Shown here piece after piece: positions 28,963 to 37,883 of a DNA stretch of 53,420 bases. Location of the stretch: contig JAHFUL010000001.1 in the NCBI GenBank assembly GCA_023265155.1, forward strand, positions 52,516 through 105,935, written 5' to 3'. Source of the DNA: Acidobacteriota bacterium. Its GTDB lineage: Bacteria > Acidobacteriota > Vicinamibacteria > Vicinamibacterales > CAVVIG01. Position 1 is the first letter of the stretch, and each line of letters begins with the position of its first letter. A model generated the notes under the pieces. It saw only the letters and a program-made list of their open reading frames with translations. It had not been told where the DNA came from and made no database searches. Position numbers and translations under genes: made by a program.

Positions 28963-30474
28963 TTAGACAACACTGGAGTTGCTGCGGCGCCGGTTCAGCG
29001 CATCCTGCGCCACCGTCACGTCATCGAACGGAAGCATCTCTTCTCCGATCACCTGATACTTTTCGTGGCCCTTGCCCGCGATCAGCACGACATCGCCGGG
29101 CCGCGCGAGCTCGATGGCCTTGGCGATCGCCTCGCGCCGGTCGACCATCGAGAACAGCTGCTGCGCGCTGTCGCGGCGCGTGTTGGCCGTGATGCCGCGC
29201 CGAATCTCCTCGATGATGCGGCCGGGATCTTCGCTGCGCGGATTGTCGGACGTGATGAGGATCAGGTCGCTGAGCCGTCCCGCGACGGCACCCATAAGCG
29301 GCCGTTTGGTCCGGTCGCGGTCGCCGCCGCAGCCAAACACCGTGATCAGCTGGCCGTGCGTCAGCGGGCGCGTGGTCTCGAGAAGATTGCGCAAGGCGTC
29401 GTCGGTGTGCGCGTAATCCACGACGACCGTGAGCTCATCCTTCGGCCGCGAAACGATCTGAAAGCGCCCGGGCACACCGGACAGCGCCGTCAGACCTCGC
29501 TCGATGGCGTCGAACGAGACGTCCAGCGCCGTTGCGGTCGACACGGCTGCGAGGATGTTGTAGACGTTTGGCCGGCCCACGAGGGACGAGCGCACCTGGA
29601 GCGTCCCGCGCGGTGTGCGGACGTCGAAGGCCAGGCCCTCGAGAGAGAACGACAGGGGGCCGGTCGTGATGTCGGCGGGCCGATTGACCGCGTACGTGAC
29701 GGGCCTTCTTCCCACTTCGGTCAAGGCCGCTCCGCGCGGGTCGTCGAGGTTGACGAGGCTCGGGGCATCCGGCGGCAGCATCTCGAACAGTCGGCGCTTG
29801 GCCTGAAAGTACGCCTCCATGTCCGGATGGAAATCGAGGTGGTCGCGCGTGAGATTCGTGAAGACGCCGGCAGCGAAGGTGACCCCATCGACGCGTCGAA
29901 GCGACAATGCGTGCGAGGACACCTCCATCGCGCAGACGCCGCAACCGCGCTCCGACATCTGGCGAAGCATGTGCTGCACCTCGGGCGCTTCCGGCGTCGT
30001 GTGGGTCGCCGCACGCATGTCGTCACCGATCCGATGGCCAACCGTCCCGAGCACACCGCATCGACGCCCGGCCGCGTCGAAGATGGACGCGATCAGAAAG
30101 GCCGTCGTGGTCTTGCCATTCGTGCCGGTGATGCCGATGACCTGCATCTGCGAGCTCGGATGTCCGTAGAACGCTGCGGACAGCATCGCCAATGCCTGTC
30201 GCGAGTCGGTCACGGTGGTCCAGCTGATGGAGACGTCCGGTGGCGCCGGTTGATCGGAGACGATGGCGACGGCGCCACGCTCGATTGCCTGACGGGCGAA
30301 GGAGGCGCCATCAGCATGCAGGCCCTTCAACGCCACGAACACCTGACCGGGGTCGACGCGCCTCGAATCGTAGGCCACGCCGGTCACGACGTCGTGCGAC
30401 GGGGCCGCGGTCCCCGCGGTCCCTTTGAGGAGACCTCGTTCGCGAAGCACGCTCGAGAGCTCCGTCCAGGTCAT
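28963..30474 (-). CDS. murE: UDP-N-acetylmuramoyl-L-alanyl-D-glutamate--2,6-diaminopimelate ligase
   Basis: 503 aa with GITGTNGKTTT and a C-terminal DNPR motif (ITSDNPRSEDP), typical of MurE. Confidence 0.93.
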   Translation of the reverse strand: MTWTELSSVLRERGLLKGTAGTAAPSHDVVTGVAYDSRRVDPGQVFVALKGLHADGASFARQAIERGAVAIVSDQPAPPDVSISWTTVTDSRQALAMLSAAFYGHPSSQMQVIGITGTNGKTTTAFLIASIFDAAGRRCGVLGTVGHRIGDDMRAATHTTPEAPEVQHMLRQMSERGCGVCAMEVSSHALSLRRVDGVTFAAGVFTNLTRDHLDFHPDMEAYFQAKRRLFEMLPPDAPSLVNLDDPRGAALTEVGRRPVTYAVNRPADITTGPLSFSLEGLAFDVRTPRGTLQVRSSLVGRPNVYNILAAVSTATALDVSFDAIERGLTALSGVPGRFQIVSRPKDELTVVVDYAHTDDALRNLLETTRPLTHGQLITVFGCGGDRDRTKRPLMGAVAGRLSDLILITSDNPRSEDPGRIIEEIRRGITANTRRDSAQQLFSMVDRREAIAKAIELARPGDVVLIAGKGHEKYQVIGEEMLPFDDVTVAQDALNRRRSNSSVV

Positions 30475-32558
30475 GGCTGCGCCGCGCTCGTCGAGGGCCT
30501 GGAAGGAGCACGGGCGAGGATCAATTCGCAGACCGATCCGGCAGCCAACGGCGTCCCTGGAGCAGGACTCTGCGACACCACAAGGCCGTCGCCGTCCATA
30601 CGAGGAGCCGCGAGGCCGAGCTTCACGAGCGTGCGGGTCGCGTCGCGCGCGCTCATGCCGCGAAGATCGGGTAACGTGCCCGCCGGCGTGTCGCGGACCA
30701 GGCTGACCGCGGGCGGCGCGTCCGCAGTCGCTCTCGGGATCCGGGGTCCGCCCGCGCCAGCGCGCGCGACGAGCACCTGAGAAGCCTGGTTGAGCGTCGG
30801 CGCGATGCCGAGATGCCGCAGGGTTGCCTCCGCGATGCGACGGAAGATTGGCGCCGACACGACGCCGCCGGTGTTGCCATTTCCGTGCGGCGAGTCGATC
30901 ATCACGATGATTGCCACAACGGGCTTCCTCGACGGAAGGAAACCAACGAACGAGACGTTGTTGTCGCTCGCTGAATAGTGTCCGTTGATCACCTTCGATG
31001 CCGTGCCGGTCTTCCCGGCGACCGTGAAGCCGGGAACCTGAGCTGCCTTCCCCGTGCCGTCCGTCACCACGCCTTCCATGATCGTCGTCAACGTCGCGGC
31101 CGTGTCTGCGGTGATGGCACGCCGGACGACCTTCGGCTGCACGGCAATGCGCCGACCGTCCCGATAGACCGCGCGCACCACACGCGGTTCAATGAACGCT
31201 CCGCCGTTGGCCACCGAGGCGACGGCGGCCAGCATCTGCAATGGCGTCACAGAGATCTGATATCCCATCGACATTGATGCGAGCGCGCCATCGGTCAACG
31301 TGTCTGCGCTCCAGACAATGCCGGAGCTCTCGCCGGGGAAGTCCGGCGAGGCGGCCTGGCCGAACCCGAACCGCCGCACGTAGTCGCTCATCCGGTCGGC
31401 GCCAACCTTGAAACCGATCTTGATCGCTCCGACATTGCTCGATTTCACGATGACGTCGGTGAACGAGAGCACGCCGTAGTTGTGCCCGCGGTACTCGTCC
31501 ACCACGCGGTTCCCAGCTAGCCGGATCACCCCCGGGCTGGTGTCGATGAGCGCATCCACCGACATCACCTTTTCTTCGATCGCCGCGGAGGCGGTCACGA
31601 TCTTGAACGTGGAGCCCGGCTCGTACACGTCCTGGACGGCCCGGTTCCGGCGATCGCCCTCGCCCGAATCGCGCACCGCGTTCGGATTGAACGTCGGCTC
31701 GTTCGCCATGGCCAGGATCTCCCCGGTATGGGGATCGATGATGATCGCGGTCCCGCTCGCCGCGCGATTCTCGACGACGCCGGCGTGGAGCTCCCTTTCG
31801 GCGACATGCTGCAGGAGCTCGTCGATTGTCAGCTCGAGTGTCGACCCGGGCGTTGGCGACTGCTCGAGTCGGCCGAAGACCTTGCGTTTCGCATCAGTCT
31901 GGATGACGACCTGCCCGTCTTTTCCGCGGATCGTCTTGTTGAACGCGAATTCGATGCCGCCCAGTCCGTCGTTGTCGATGCCAACCCAGCCGAGGAGGTG
32001 CGCGGCGAGCTCCTTGTTCGGATAGTGGCGGAGGCTCTCCTTACGGAACGCGACGTAGTTCAGGTCGAGTGCCGCGACACGACTGGCCTGCTCGGGCGAG
32101 ACCCGCCGGCTGACCCACGCGAACGATTTGCGAGTGCTGAATCGCTCGACGAGCGCCTGCCGTGCGGCAGTGGTGCAGTCAGCGAGCGCCCTGCACAACT
32201 GGTCGACGGCGTTCGCCTTGTCGGGAATCTCCGACGGCACCGCAAAGACTGAGTCGGCGTCCGCGCTCGTCGCAAGCACGTGGCCGTGGCGATCCAGGAT
32301 GTCGCCGCGGGTGGCCGCCACCGCGAGAGTGCTCTGCTGCTGCGCCTTGGCTCGCGCCTCGAGCTCGGGACGGTCGAACACCTGCAGGTACACGAGCTTT
32401 GCCTGAATACCGAATGCCCAGATCGCCAGCAGACCCGTCGCCACGACGACCCGGCGCTTGAGGGTCAGGCGCCAGTCGACCGCCGAGTCGCAGTGCGTCG
32501 CCGTCCGTTGCCTGCGCCTTGGCAGGAAGCGCCGGACCTGTTGAGTCAATTGATTCAC
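30471..32558 (-). CDS. ftsI: Division-specific class B penicillin-binding protein (FtsI) with a C-terminal PASTA domain
   Basis: 695 aa with a TM anchor, dimerisation domain, transpeptidase motifs STFK, SSN and KTGT, and then a ~65-aa PASTA-like tail (LPDLRGMSARDATRTLVKLGL...). Confidence 0.92.
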   Translation of the reverse strand: MNQLTQQVRRFLPRRRQRTATHCDSAVDWRLTLKRRVVVATGLLAIWAFGIQAKLVYLQVFDRPELEARAKAQQQSTLAVAATRGDILDRHGHVLATSADADSVFAVPSEIPDKANAVDQLCRALADCTTAARQALVERFSTRKSFAWVSRRVSPEQASRVAALDLNYVAFRKESLRHYPNKELAAHLLGWVGIDNDGLGGIEFAFNKTIRGKDGQVVIQTDAKRKVFGRLEQSPTPGSTLELTIDELLQHVAERELHAGVVENRAASGTAIIIDPHTGEILAMANEPTFNPNAVRDSGEGDRRNRAVQDVYEPGSTFKIVTASAAIEEKVMSVDALIDTSPGVIRLAGNRVVDEYRGHNYGVLSFTDVIVKSSNVGAIKIGFKVGADRMSDYVRRFGFGQAASPDFPGESSGIVWSADTLTDGALASMSMGYQISVTPLQMLAAVASVANGGAFIEPRVVRAVYRDGRRIAVQPKVVRRAITADTAATLTTIMEGVVTDGTGKAAQVPGFTVAGKTGTASKVINGHYSASDNNVSFVGFLPSRKPVVAIIVMIDSPHGNGNTGGVVSAPIFRRIAEATLRHLGIAPTLNQASQVLVARAGAGGPRIPRATADAPPAVSLVRDTPAGTLPDLRGMSARDATRTLVKLGLAAPRMDGDGLVVSQSPAPGTPLAAGSVCELILARAPSRPSTSAAQP

Positions 32559-32953
32559 CGCTCGGCCACCACCGAATGCGCCGGCGGATCGGCCGCCTCG
32601 ACACGCTCAATCACGATCGATTCGTCGAGCGTGGGCTGCACCATGTGAAGCATCCGGACGGCCAGGTCCTCGATGCGCTTGGGCGACCGCAGCTGCTCGA
32701 GCTGCAGCAGCAGCTGACGGCCCTCGTTTTCTTCCCCGGCGAGCTGCTTTTGCACCTCGACGATGTCGTACCCGTGCTGCCTCAGCACCCAGTGCTGCCA
32801 CGCCGACAACAGCGCGACGACCACGAGAAGTCCGGCGACGCCGAACCATTTCCACTGATCGAGCTCGCGCGCCTCATCCACCTCGCGCACGATGGGGTTG
32901 TTCCGCACGTCTTTCCTGATCGCATACTCGAACGGTTCCATGGTTCCCTTCAC
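32555..32953 (-). CDS. ftsL: Cell division protein FtsL
   Basis: 132 aa, a single TM segment plus coiled coil. The position between rsmH and ftsI fits. GTG start at 32953, or ATG at 32941. Confidence 0.8.
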   Translation of the reverse strand: MKGTMEPFEYAIRKDVRNNPIVREVDEARELDQWKWFGVAGLLVVVALLSAWQHWVLRQHGYDIVEVQKQLAGEENEGRQLLLQLEQLRSPKRIEDLAVRMLHMVQPTLDESIVIERVEAADPPAHSVVAER

Positions 32954-33846
32954 GCCGCGGCGACGACGCGCTCGGCGGCCCGCAGCTTCGCGCTCCGGGC
33001 CCGCGGGTTCCTCAGCACCTCTTCATCGCCTGGGACAATCGGTTTCCGGGTCAGGACTTTGACGGTCGCCCTTTCGCCCTCGGCGAGGGCGCGAAACGTG
33101 TGCTTGACGATGCGATCTTCGAGTGAGTGGAAGGTGATGACGACGAGTCGCGCGCCGGCCCTCAGGCGACGGACTGCGGTTTCCAGAAAACGATCCAGCC
33201 CTACGAGCTCGCGGTTCACCCAGATACGCAGCGCCTGGAATGTCCGCGTCGCCGGATCAATACGCACACGGCCTCGTCTCGGCAGCGCGCGACGCACGAT
33301 CGTCGCGAGGCGGCCGGTCGTCTGAATGGCTTGGACGCGCCGCGCCTCGACGAGCGCCCGGGCAATTCGCCGCGAAAAGCGCTCCTCGCCGTACGCATAG
33401 ATGGCGTCTGCCAGCTCGCGCTCCGTCGCGCGCGCAACCAGATCCGCCGCCGTGTCCCCGCCTGTACGATCCATGCGCATATCGAGCGGCTCGTCACGCT
33501 GGAAACTGAACCCGCGGCCCGGGGCATCGAACTGCAGCGAGGACACGCCAAGATCAGCGAGCGCGCCGTCAATCAGCTGAACACCCGATCGATCCAGGAC
33601 GCTGTCGAGATCGCGGTAGTCGGCATGGACCAGTTCGACGCGATCAGCCCACGGCGCCAGGGTGAGGCGCGCCTCGGCGAGGGCATCGGGGTCCCGGTCG
33701 AGCCCGATGAGGCGGGTGGCGCCTGCCTCGAGCAGCGCGCACGCATGGCCACCGAGGCCGACCGTGCAGTCCACGAACAGTCCCGCGCGCGCGGGCTGCA
33801 AGTGCGCGAGCACTTCGGCCCGCATGACGGGGAGGTGGCCGCTCAA
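32950..33846 (-). CDS. rsmH: 16S rRNA (cytosine1402-N4)-methyltransferase
   Basis: 298 aa with VDCTVGLGGHA and ADLGVSSLQFD. Confidence 0.95.
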   Translation of the reverse strand: MSGHLPVMRAEVLAHLQPARAGLFVDCTVGLGGHACALLEAGATRLIGLDRDPDALAEARLTLAPWADRVELVHADYRDLDSVLDRSGVQLIDGALADLGVSSLQFDAPGRGFSFQRDEPLDMRMDRTGGDTAADLVARATERELADAIYAYGEERFSRRIARALVEARRVQAIQTTGRLATIVRRALPRRGRVRIDPATRTFQALRIWVNRELVGLDRFLETAVRRLRAGARLVVITFHSLEDRIVKHTFRALAEGERATVKVLTRKPIVPGDEEVLRNPRARSAKLRAAERVVAAA

Positions 33847-34283
33847 ATGCCGAACTCCGCCAGAGCCCGCGCGTCGTCGTCGGTGAACGGTTCGCGCTGC
33901 AGCCTGGTGAGAAATCGATCGTGATTCCAGACGTCGAGGTAGTTAAACTGTCCCAGTACGTCAACGTCGCCGGCCATCGTCGCGGCGTCGCGCAGCCGGA
34001 CGGGGATGATGACGCGGCCCTGCACGTCGAGCTCACTCGATTGGCCGAAGTAGTTCACGCGATCGAGCAACCGGAGCTTGGAGGGATGCGTGGTCGGCAT
34101 GGCGCCGATCTTGGTCTCGAGCTCGAGCCACACGGGCATCGGGTAGACGCGCACGTATTCGCCGGTCAGGCTGGTGAGAAACAGCTCGCGACCGTACTTT
34201 CCTTCGAGCAAGGAGCGGAAGGCGTTGGGCACCTTGAGCCTCCCCTTGTCATCAATTCGAGCGGGCGCGTTGCCCCTGAACAC
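33843..34283 (-). CDS. mraZ: Division/cell wall cluster transcriptional regulator MraZ
   Basis: 146 aa with duplicated SpoVT/AbrB-like halves carrying DDKGRLKVP and VQGRVIIP. GTG start. Confidence 0.93.
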   Translation of the reverse strand: MFRGNAPARIDDKGRLKVPNAFRSLLEGKYGRELFLTSLTGEYVRVYPMPVWLELETKIGAMPTTHPSKLRLLDRVNYFGQSSELDVQGRVIIPVRLRDAATMAGDVDVLGQFNYLDVWNHDRFLTRLQREPFTDDDARALAEFGI

Positions 34284-34292
34284 GCGCTATTA

Positions 34293-34351
34293 CTCCATCT
34301 GCTTCCAGAAATTTCCACCGACATAGTAGAAGTCGGACTTCTGGATGTCAA
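34293..34351 (-). promoter_or_regulatory. Candidate Pmra: -35 TTGACA (34351-34346), 17-nt spacer, -10 TACTAT (34328-34323), then three TGGAN boxes at 10-bp phasing (34317-34313, 34307-34303, 34297-34293)
   Basis: The minus strand reads TTGACAtccagaagtccgacttcTACTATgtcggTGGAAatttcTGGAAgcagaTGGAGtaatagcgcGTG. Confidence 0.6.
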
Positions 34352-34517
34352 CCTTAAAACGCAGTCGGTCAGTAAGTTACGCCTAATTTTCGCCTTTTCC
34401 TCGCCCCATCGGTCCGGCGATCCACAATCGGTTGGGCTCCTCGCTCCGTGGTACGCCGTTTGGTTCTGACCGACGACCTGCCGAACGTGAGGGGCGTGCT
34501 ACGATGCCGGGTTTCTG

Positions 34518-35630
34518 ATGCTCAGAGCGGCCCTGATTGGTGTTGGTTCCAGCGGCAAGTCCACTCTTTTTCAGCTGATGACCAGCATCAAGGACTCTCC
34601 CCGCGGCGGCGGAAAGGCCGATACGTCGATCGGCATTTCCAAAGTGCCCGATGCCCGGCTGGATCGATTGACGGCGATGTACAACCCGAGGAAGCGGGTT
34701 CCCGCGACAGTTGAATTCTCTGATTCTGCCGCGGCGGGTCGTGCCGGCGGTGCACAGGCGCTGGTTGACGTGCTCGCGTACAAGAACGCCGACGCGCTCG
34801 TCCACGTCGTCCGCGCGTTTTTGGATCCGGCAGTGCCCCGTCCGGCGGGGTCGATCGATGCTGCGCGCGACGCGCAGGCCATGGAAGACGAGCTGATCCT
34901 CGCCGATCTCGGGGTGGCCGAGCGGCGGCTCGAACGTCTCGAGAAGGACCTGAAAAAGACGCGCACGTCCGAGCTCGAACACGAACGGGACGTGCTCACA
35001 CTGTGTCGCGCCGCCCTCGAGGAAGGACGGCCGCTTCGCTCACTCGACTTGAAAGGTGAAGATCTCAGACGGCTGCGCGGCTTTCAGTTGCTCTCCGCGA
35101 AGCCGCAGCTCATCGTGATCAATCTCGACGAGGCACAGCTCACGGCGCATGGGGGCAACGCGAACGCGACACCGACCGATCGCGCCGCCGACGCCGCGGG
35201 GCTCGCGAGGTTTCTCTCGCGCGCCGCCACGGCAGCGGTCGCGGTCTGCGCGAAGATCGAGCTCGAAATCGCCGAGCTCGACGCGGCAGACCGAGCGGCG
35301 TTTCTGACCGATCTGGGTCTGACCCAATCCGGCCTCGATCGCGTCATTCGCGCGAGTTACGACCTCCTCGGCTACATCTCGTTCTTCACGGTCGGCGAAG
35401 ACGAATGCCGCGCCTGGTCGATTCCGCGCGGCACTCCGGCCCAGCTCGCCGCGAGTGAGATTCACAGCGACATCGCGCGCGGTTTCATCCGCGCCGAAGT
35501 CGTCAGCTACGAGGCGCTGACCGGACGCGGCTCCATGGCGGCCTGCCGCGAGCACGGCGAAGTCCGCCTCGAGGGCAAAGAGTACGTCGTCCAGGACGGC
35601 GACATCATCAACTTCCGTTTCGCCACGTGA
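34518..35630 (+). CDS. ychF: YchF/OLA1-family ATPase/GTPase
   Basis: 370 aa with P-loop GVGSSGKST, a coiled-coil insertion and a C-terminal TGS-like domain (ISFFTVGEDECRAWSIPRGT...HSDIARGFIRAEV). Confidence 0.85.
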   Translation: MLRAALIGVGSSGKSTLFQLMTSIKDSPRGGGKADTSIGISKVPDARLDRLTAMYNPRKRVPATVEFSDSAAAGRAGGAQALVDVLAYKNADALVHVVRAFLDPAVPRPAGSIDAARDAQAMEDELILADLGVAERRLERLEKDLKKTRTSELEHERDVLTLCRAALEEGRPLRSLDLKGEDLRRLRGFQLLSAKPQLIVINLDEAQLTAHGGNANATPTDRAADAAGLARFLSRAATAAVAVCAKIELEIAELDAADRAAFLTDLGLTQSGLDRVIRASYDLLGYISFFTVGEDECRAWSIPRGTPAQLAASEIHSDIARGFIRAEVVSYEALTGRGSMAACREHGEVRLEGKEYVVQDGDIINFRFAT

Positions 35631-35722
35631 CCGATACTCCCTCGCTGTGCGCTCTCACATCGGTCGTTGACAGCTCTCTTTCATGCTAAGGTCTACAGAT
35701 TTTCTTCGAGCTCCCCGCGACG

Positions 35723-36769
35723 ATGAACACCGTGAACGTCGACGACATCGATTACCGGAACTTCTACCGCGGCCGCCGGGTCATGGTCACCGGAGGACTC
35801 GGTTTCATCGGGAGCAATCTGGCCCGGAGTCTCATCGATGTGGGCGCCGATGTGCTGCTGGTCGATTCGCTGATTCCCGACTATGGCGGCAATCTGTTCA
35901 ACATCGACGGCATTGCCGACCGCGTGCGCGTCAATGTGGCCGACGTCCGGGAGCAGAGCACGATGAACTACCTCGTCCGTGATCGGGAGATCATCTTCAA
36001 TCTGGCCGGGCAGGTGAGTCACATCGACAGCCTGCGGGATCCGTACGCGGATCTCGAGATCAACTGCAGAAGTCAGCTGACGCTCCTGGAAGCCTGCCGA
36101 TACAACAATCCCGGCGTCAAGGTGGTCTTCGCCGGGACGCGCCAGGTGTATGGCCGTCCCGACTCGCTTCCGGTGAACGAGAGTCATCTGGTGCGCCCGA
36201 CCGACATCAACGGCATCAACAAGGCGGCCGGCGAGTACTACCATCTCGTGTACAACAACGTGTTCAGAGTGCGCGCCTGCTCCTTGCGACTCACCAATGT
36301 GTACGGCCCGCGGCAGCTGATCCGACACAATCGGCAGGGCTTCATCGGCTGGTTCATCCGGCTCGCGATCGAAGGCGCGACCATCAGCGTCTACGGAGAC
36401 GGTTCGCAGTTGCGCGACTTCGTGTTCGTGGACGATGCGGCGGACGCGTTTCTGCGGGCGGGCGCGAATGACGCCTGCAACGGCGAGGTGTTCAACGTCG
36501 GAGGAGATGAGCCCATCAGCCACCGCCGGCTGACGTCATTGCTGATCGAGCTGGCCGGCTCCGGCCGCGTGAGCTACACGGAGTGGCCGGCCGAGAAGAA
36601 GGCAATCGACATCGGTGACTTCTACGCCGACTCGTCGAAGTTCAGGCGGACCACCGGCTGGAGGGCCTCGGTGCCTCTCCGGGAGGGTCTGCAGCGGACG
36701 CTCGCGTTCTACCGAGAGCACTTCGACCGCTACGTCGACCCTGCCGATCGGTCCGCGGAGCCCGAATGA
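35723..36769 (+). CDS. NAD-dependent nucleotide-sugar epimerase/dehydratase (extended SDR)
   Basis: 348 aa with Rossmann motif VTGGLGFIGSNL and a catalytic YxxxK-like segment. Confidence 0.85.
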   Translation: MNTVNVDDIDYRNFYRGRRVMVTGGLGFIGSNLARSLIDVGADVLLVDSLIPDYGGNLFNIDGIADRVRVNVADVREQSTMNYLVRDREIIFNLAGQVSHIDSLRDPYADLEINCRSQLTLLEACRYNNPGVKVVFAGTRQVYGRPDSLPVNESHLVRPTDINGINKAAGEYYHLVYNNVFRVRACSLRLTNVYGPRQLIRHNRQGFIGWFIRLAIEGATISVYGDGSQLRDFVFVDDAADAFLRAGANDACNGEVFNVGGDEPISHRRLTSLLIELAGSGRVSYTEWPAEKKAIDIGDFYADSSKFRRTTGWRASVPLREGLQRTLAFYREHFDRYVDPADRSAEPE

Positions 36770-37863
36770 CCCGGACGCGCATGCCGTTCGCAGCTCCGGC
36801 GCCGCGAGACGATGCGGCCGAGGTTCGCGCCGCGATCGATCGCGTGGTGTCGAGCGGATGGTTCATTCTCGGTCCGGAAGTCGAAGCCTTCGAGGCCGAG
36901 TTTGCGGATGCCACCGGAGCCGCGCACGCCGTGGGCGTTGGCAATGGCACCGACGCGCTGGCGCTGATTCTCCGCGCGCTCGGCATTGGGGCCGGCGACG
37001 AGGTCATCACCACACCGCTCTCGGCGGCGTACACAGCGCTGGCGGTGATCATGGCGGGAGCGCGCCCGGTCTTTGCCGACATCGATCCGGCGCGGATGAC
37101 GATCGACGCCGACGCCGCGGAGCGTGCGGTCACGCCTCGGACGCGCGCCCTTCTTCCAGTTCATCTGTACGGCCAGGCCGCCGACATGGCGGCGCTCGAG
37201 CGGGTGGCCGCGCGCCACAACCTGGCCATGGTCGAGGACTGCTGCCAGGCCCATCTCGCGACGGCTGCGGGTCGGCCGGTTGGCACCATCGGTGTTGCGG
37301 GCGCCTTCAGCTTCTACCCGACGAAGAATCTTGGCGCGCTCGGCGACGGCGGGGCCGTGACGACCCGCGACCCGGCGCTCGCCGAACGCGTCAGGCGGCT
37401 GCGCAATGGTGGCCAGACCGCTCGGTACCAGCATGAAGAAGCCGGTGTGAACTCGCGCCTCGATGAACTGCAGGCCGCCATTCTCCGCGCCCGGTTGCCC
37501 TTCCTGCGCGGGTGGACCGCCAGCCGCCGCACACTCGCCGCCGGCTATCGCGCCGGGCTGTCCGGCACCAGCGTCAGGGTGCCTCCGGAGCTCGACTCCG
37601 GCCATGTCTACCACTTGTTCGTCGTACAAACCGGCAATCGTGCAGCATTGCAACAGCACCTCGCGACGCAAGAGATCAGCACCCTGGTGCACTATCCCAC
37701 CCCGATCCCGCGACAGAGGGCGTTCGCCGCCAGCCGGCCGGCCCACTGCCCTCTCGCAGACACAGCCTGCAACGAACTGCTGTCGTTGCCGCTCTATCCG
37801 GGCCTCGACGATGTTGATCTGCAGAGGGTCGTCAGGGCCATCGGCGAATTCCAGGAGGTTTGA
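36766..37863 (+). CDS. DegT/DnrJ/EryC1/StrS-family PLP-dependent sugar aminotransferase
   Basis: 365 aa, containing GWFILGPEVEAFEAEFA and SFYPTKNLGALGDGG (PLP lysine context). ATGA overlap with the upstream gene. Confidence 0.9.
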   Translation: MTRTRMPFAAPAPRDDAAEVRAAIDRVVSSGWFILGPEVEAFEAEFADATGAAHAVGVGNGTDALALILRALGIGAGDEVITTPLSAAYTALAVIMAGARPVFADIDPARMTIDADAAERAVTPRTRALLPVHLYGQAADMAALERVAARHNLAMVEDCCQAHLATAAGRPVGTIGVAGAFSFYPTKNLGALGDGGAVTTRDPALAERVRRLRNGGQTARYQHEEAGVNSRLDELQAAILRARLPFLRGWTASRRTLAAGYRAGLSGTSVRVPPELDSGHVYHLFVVQTGNRAALQQHLATQEISTLVHYPTPIPRQRAFAASRPAHCPLADTACNELLSLPLYPGLDDVDLQRVVRAIGEFQEV

Positions 37864-37883
37864 CTCCTGGTGACAGGCCACTA

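Noticed and set aside
26493-28973. 826-aa ORF suggesting a giant MurD fusion
   Set aside because: Only the C-terminal 452 aa (from ATG 27851) are MurD. The N-terminal part is an out-of-frame read through mraY with Arg/Gly/Ala-rich junk composition.
35667-35700. Sigma70-type promoter for the epimerase operon (TTGACA at 35667-35672)
   Set aside because: No acceptable -10 hexamer at 16-18 nt spacing (TAAGGT at 14 nt, TACAGA at 21 nt). Too weak to report as a feature.
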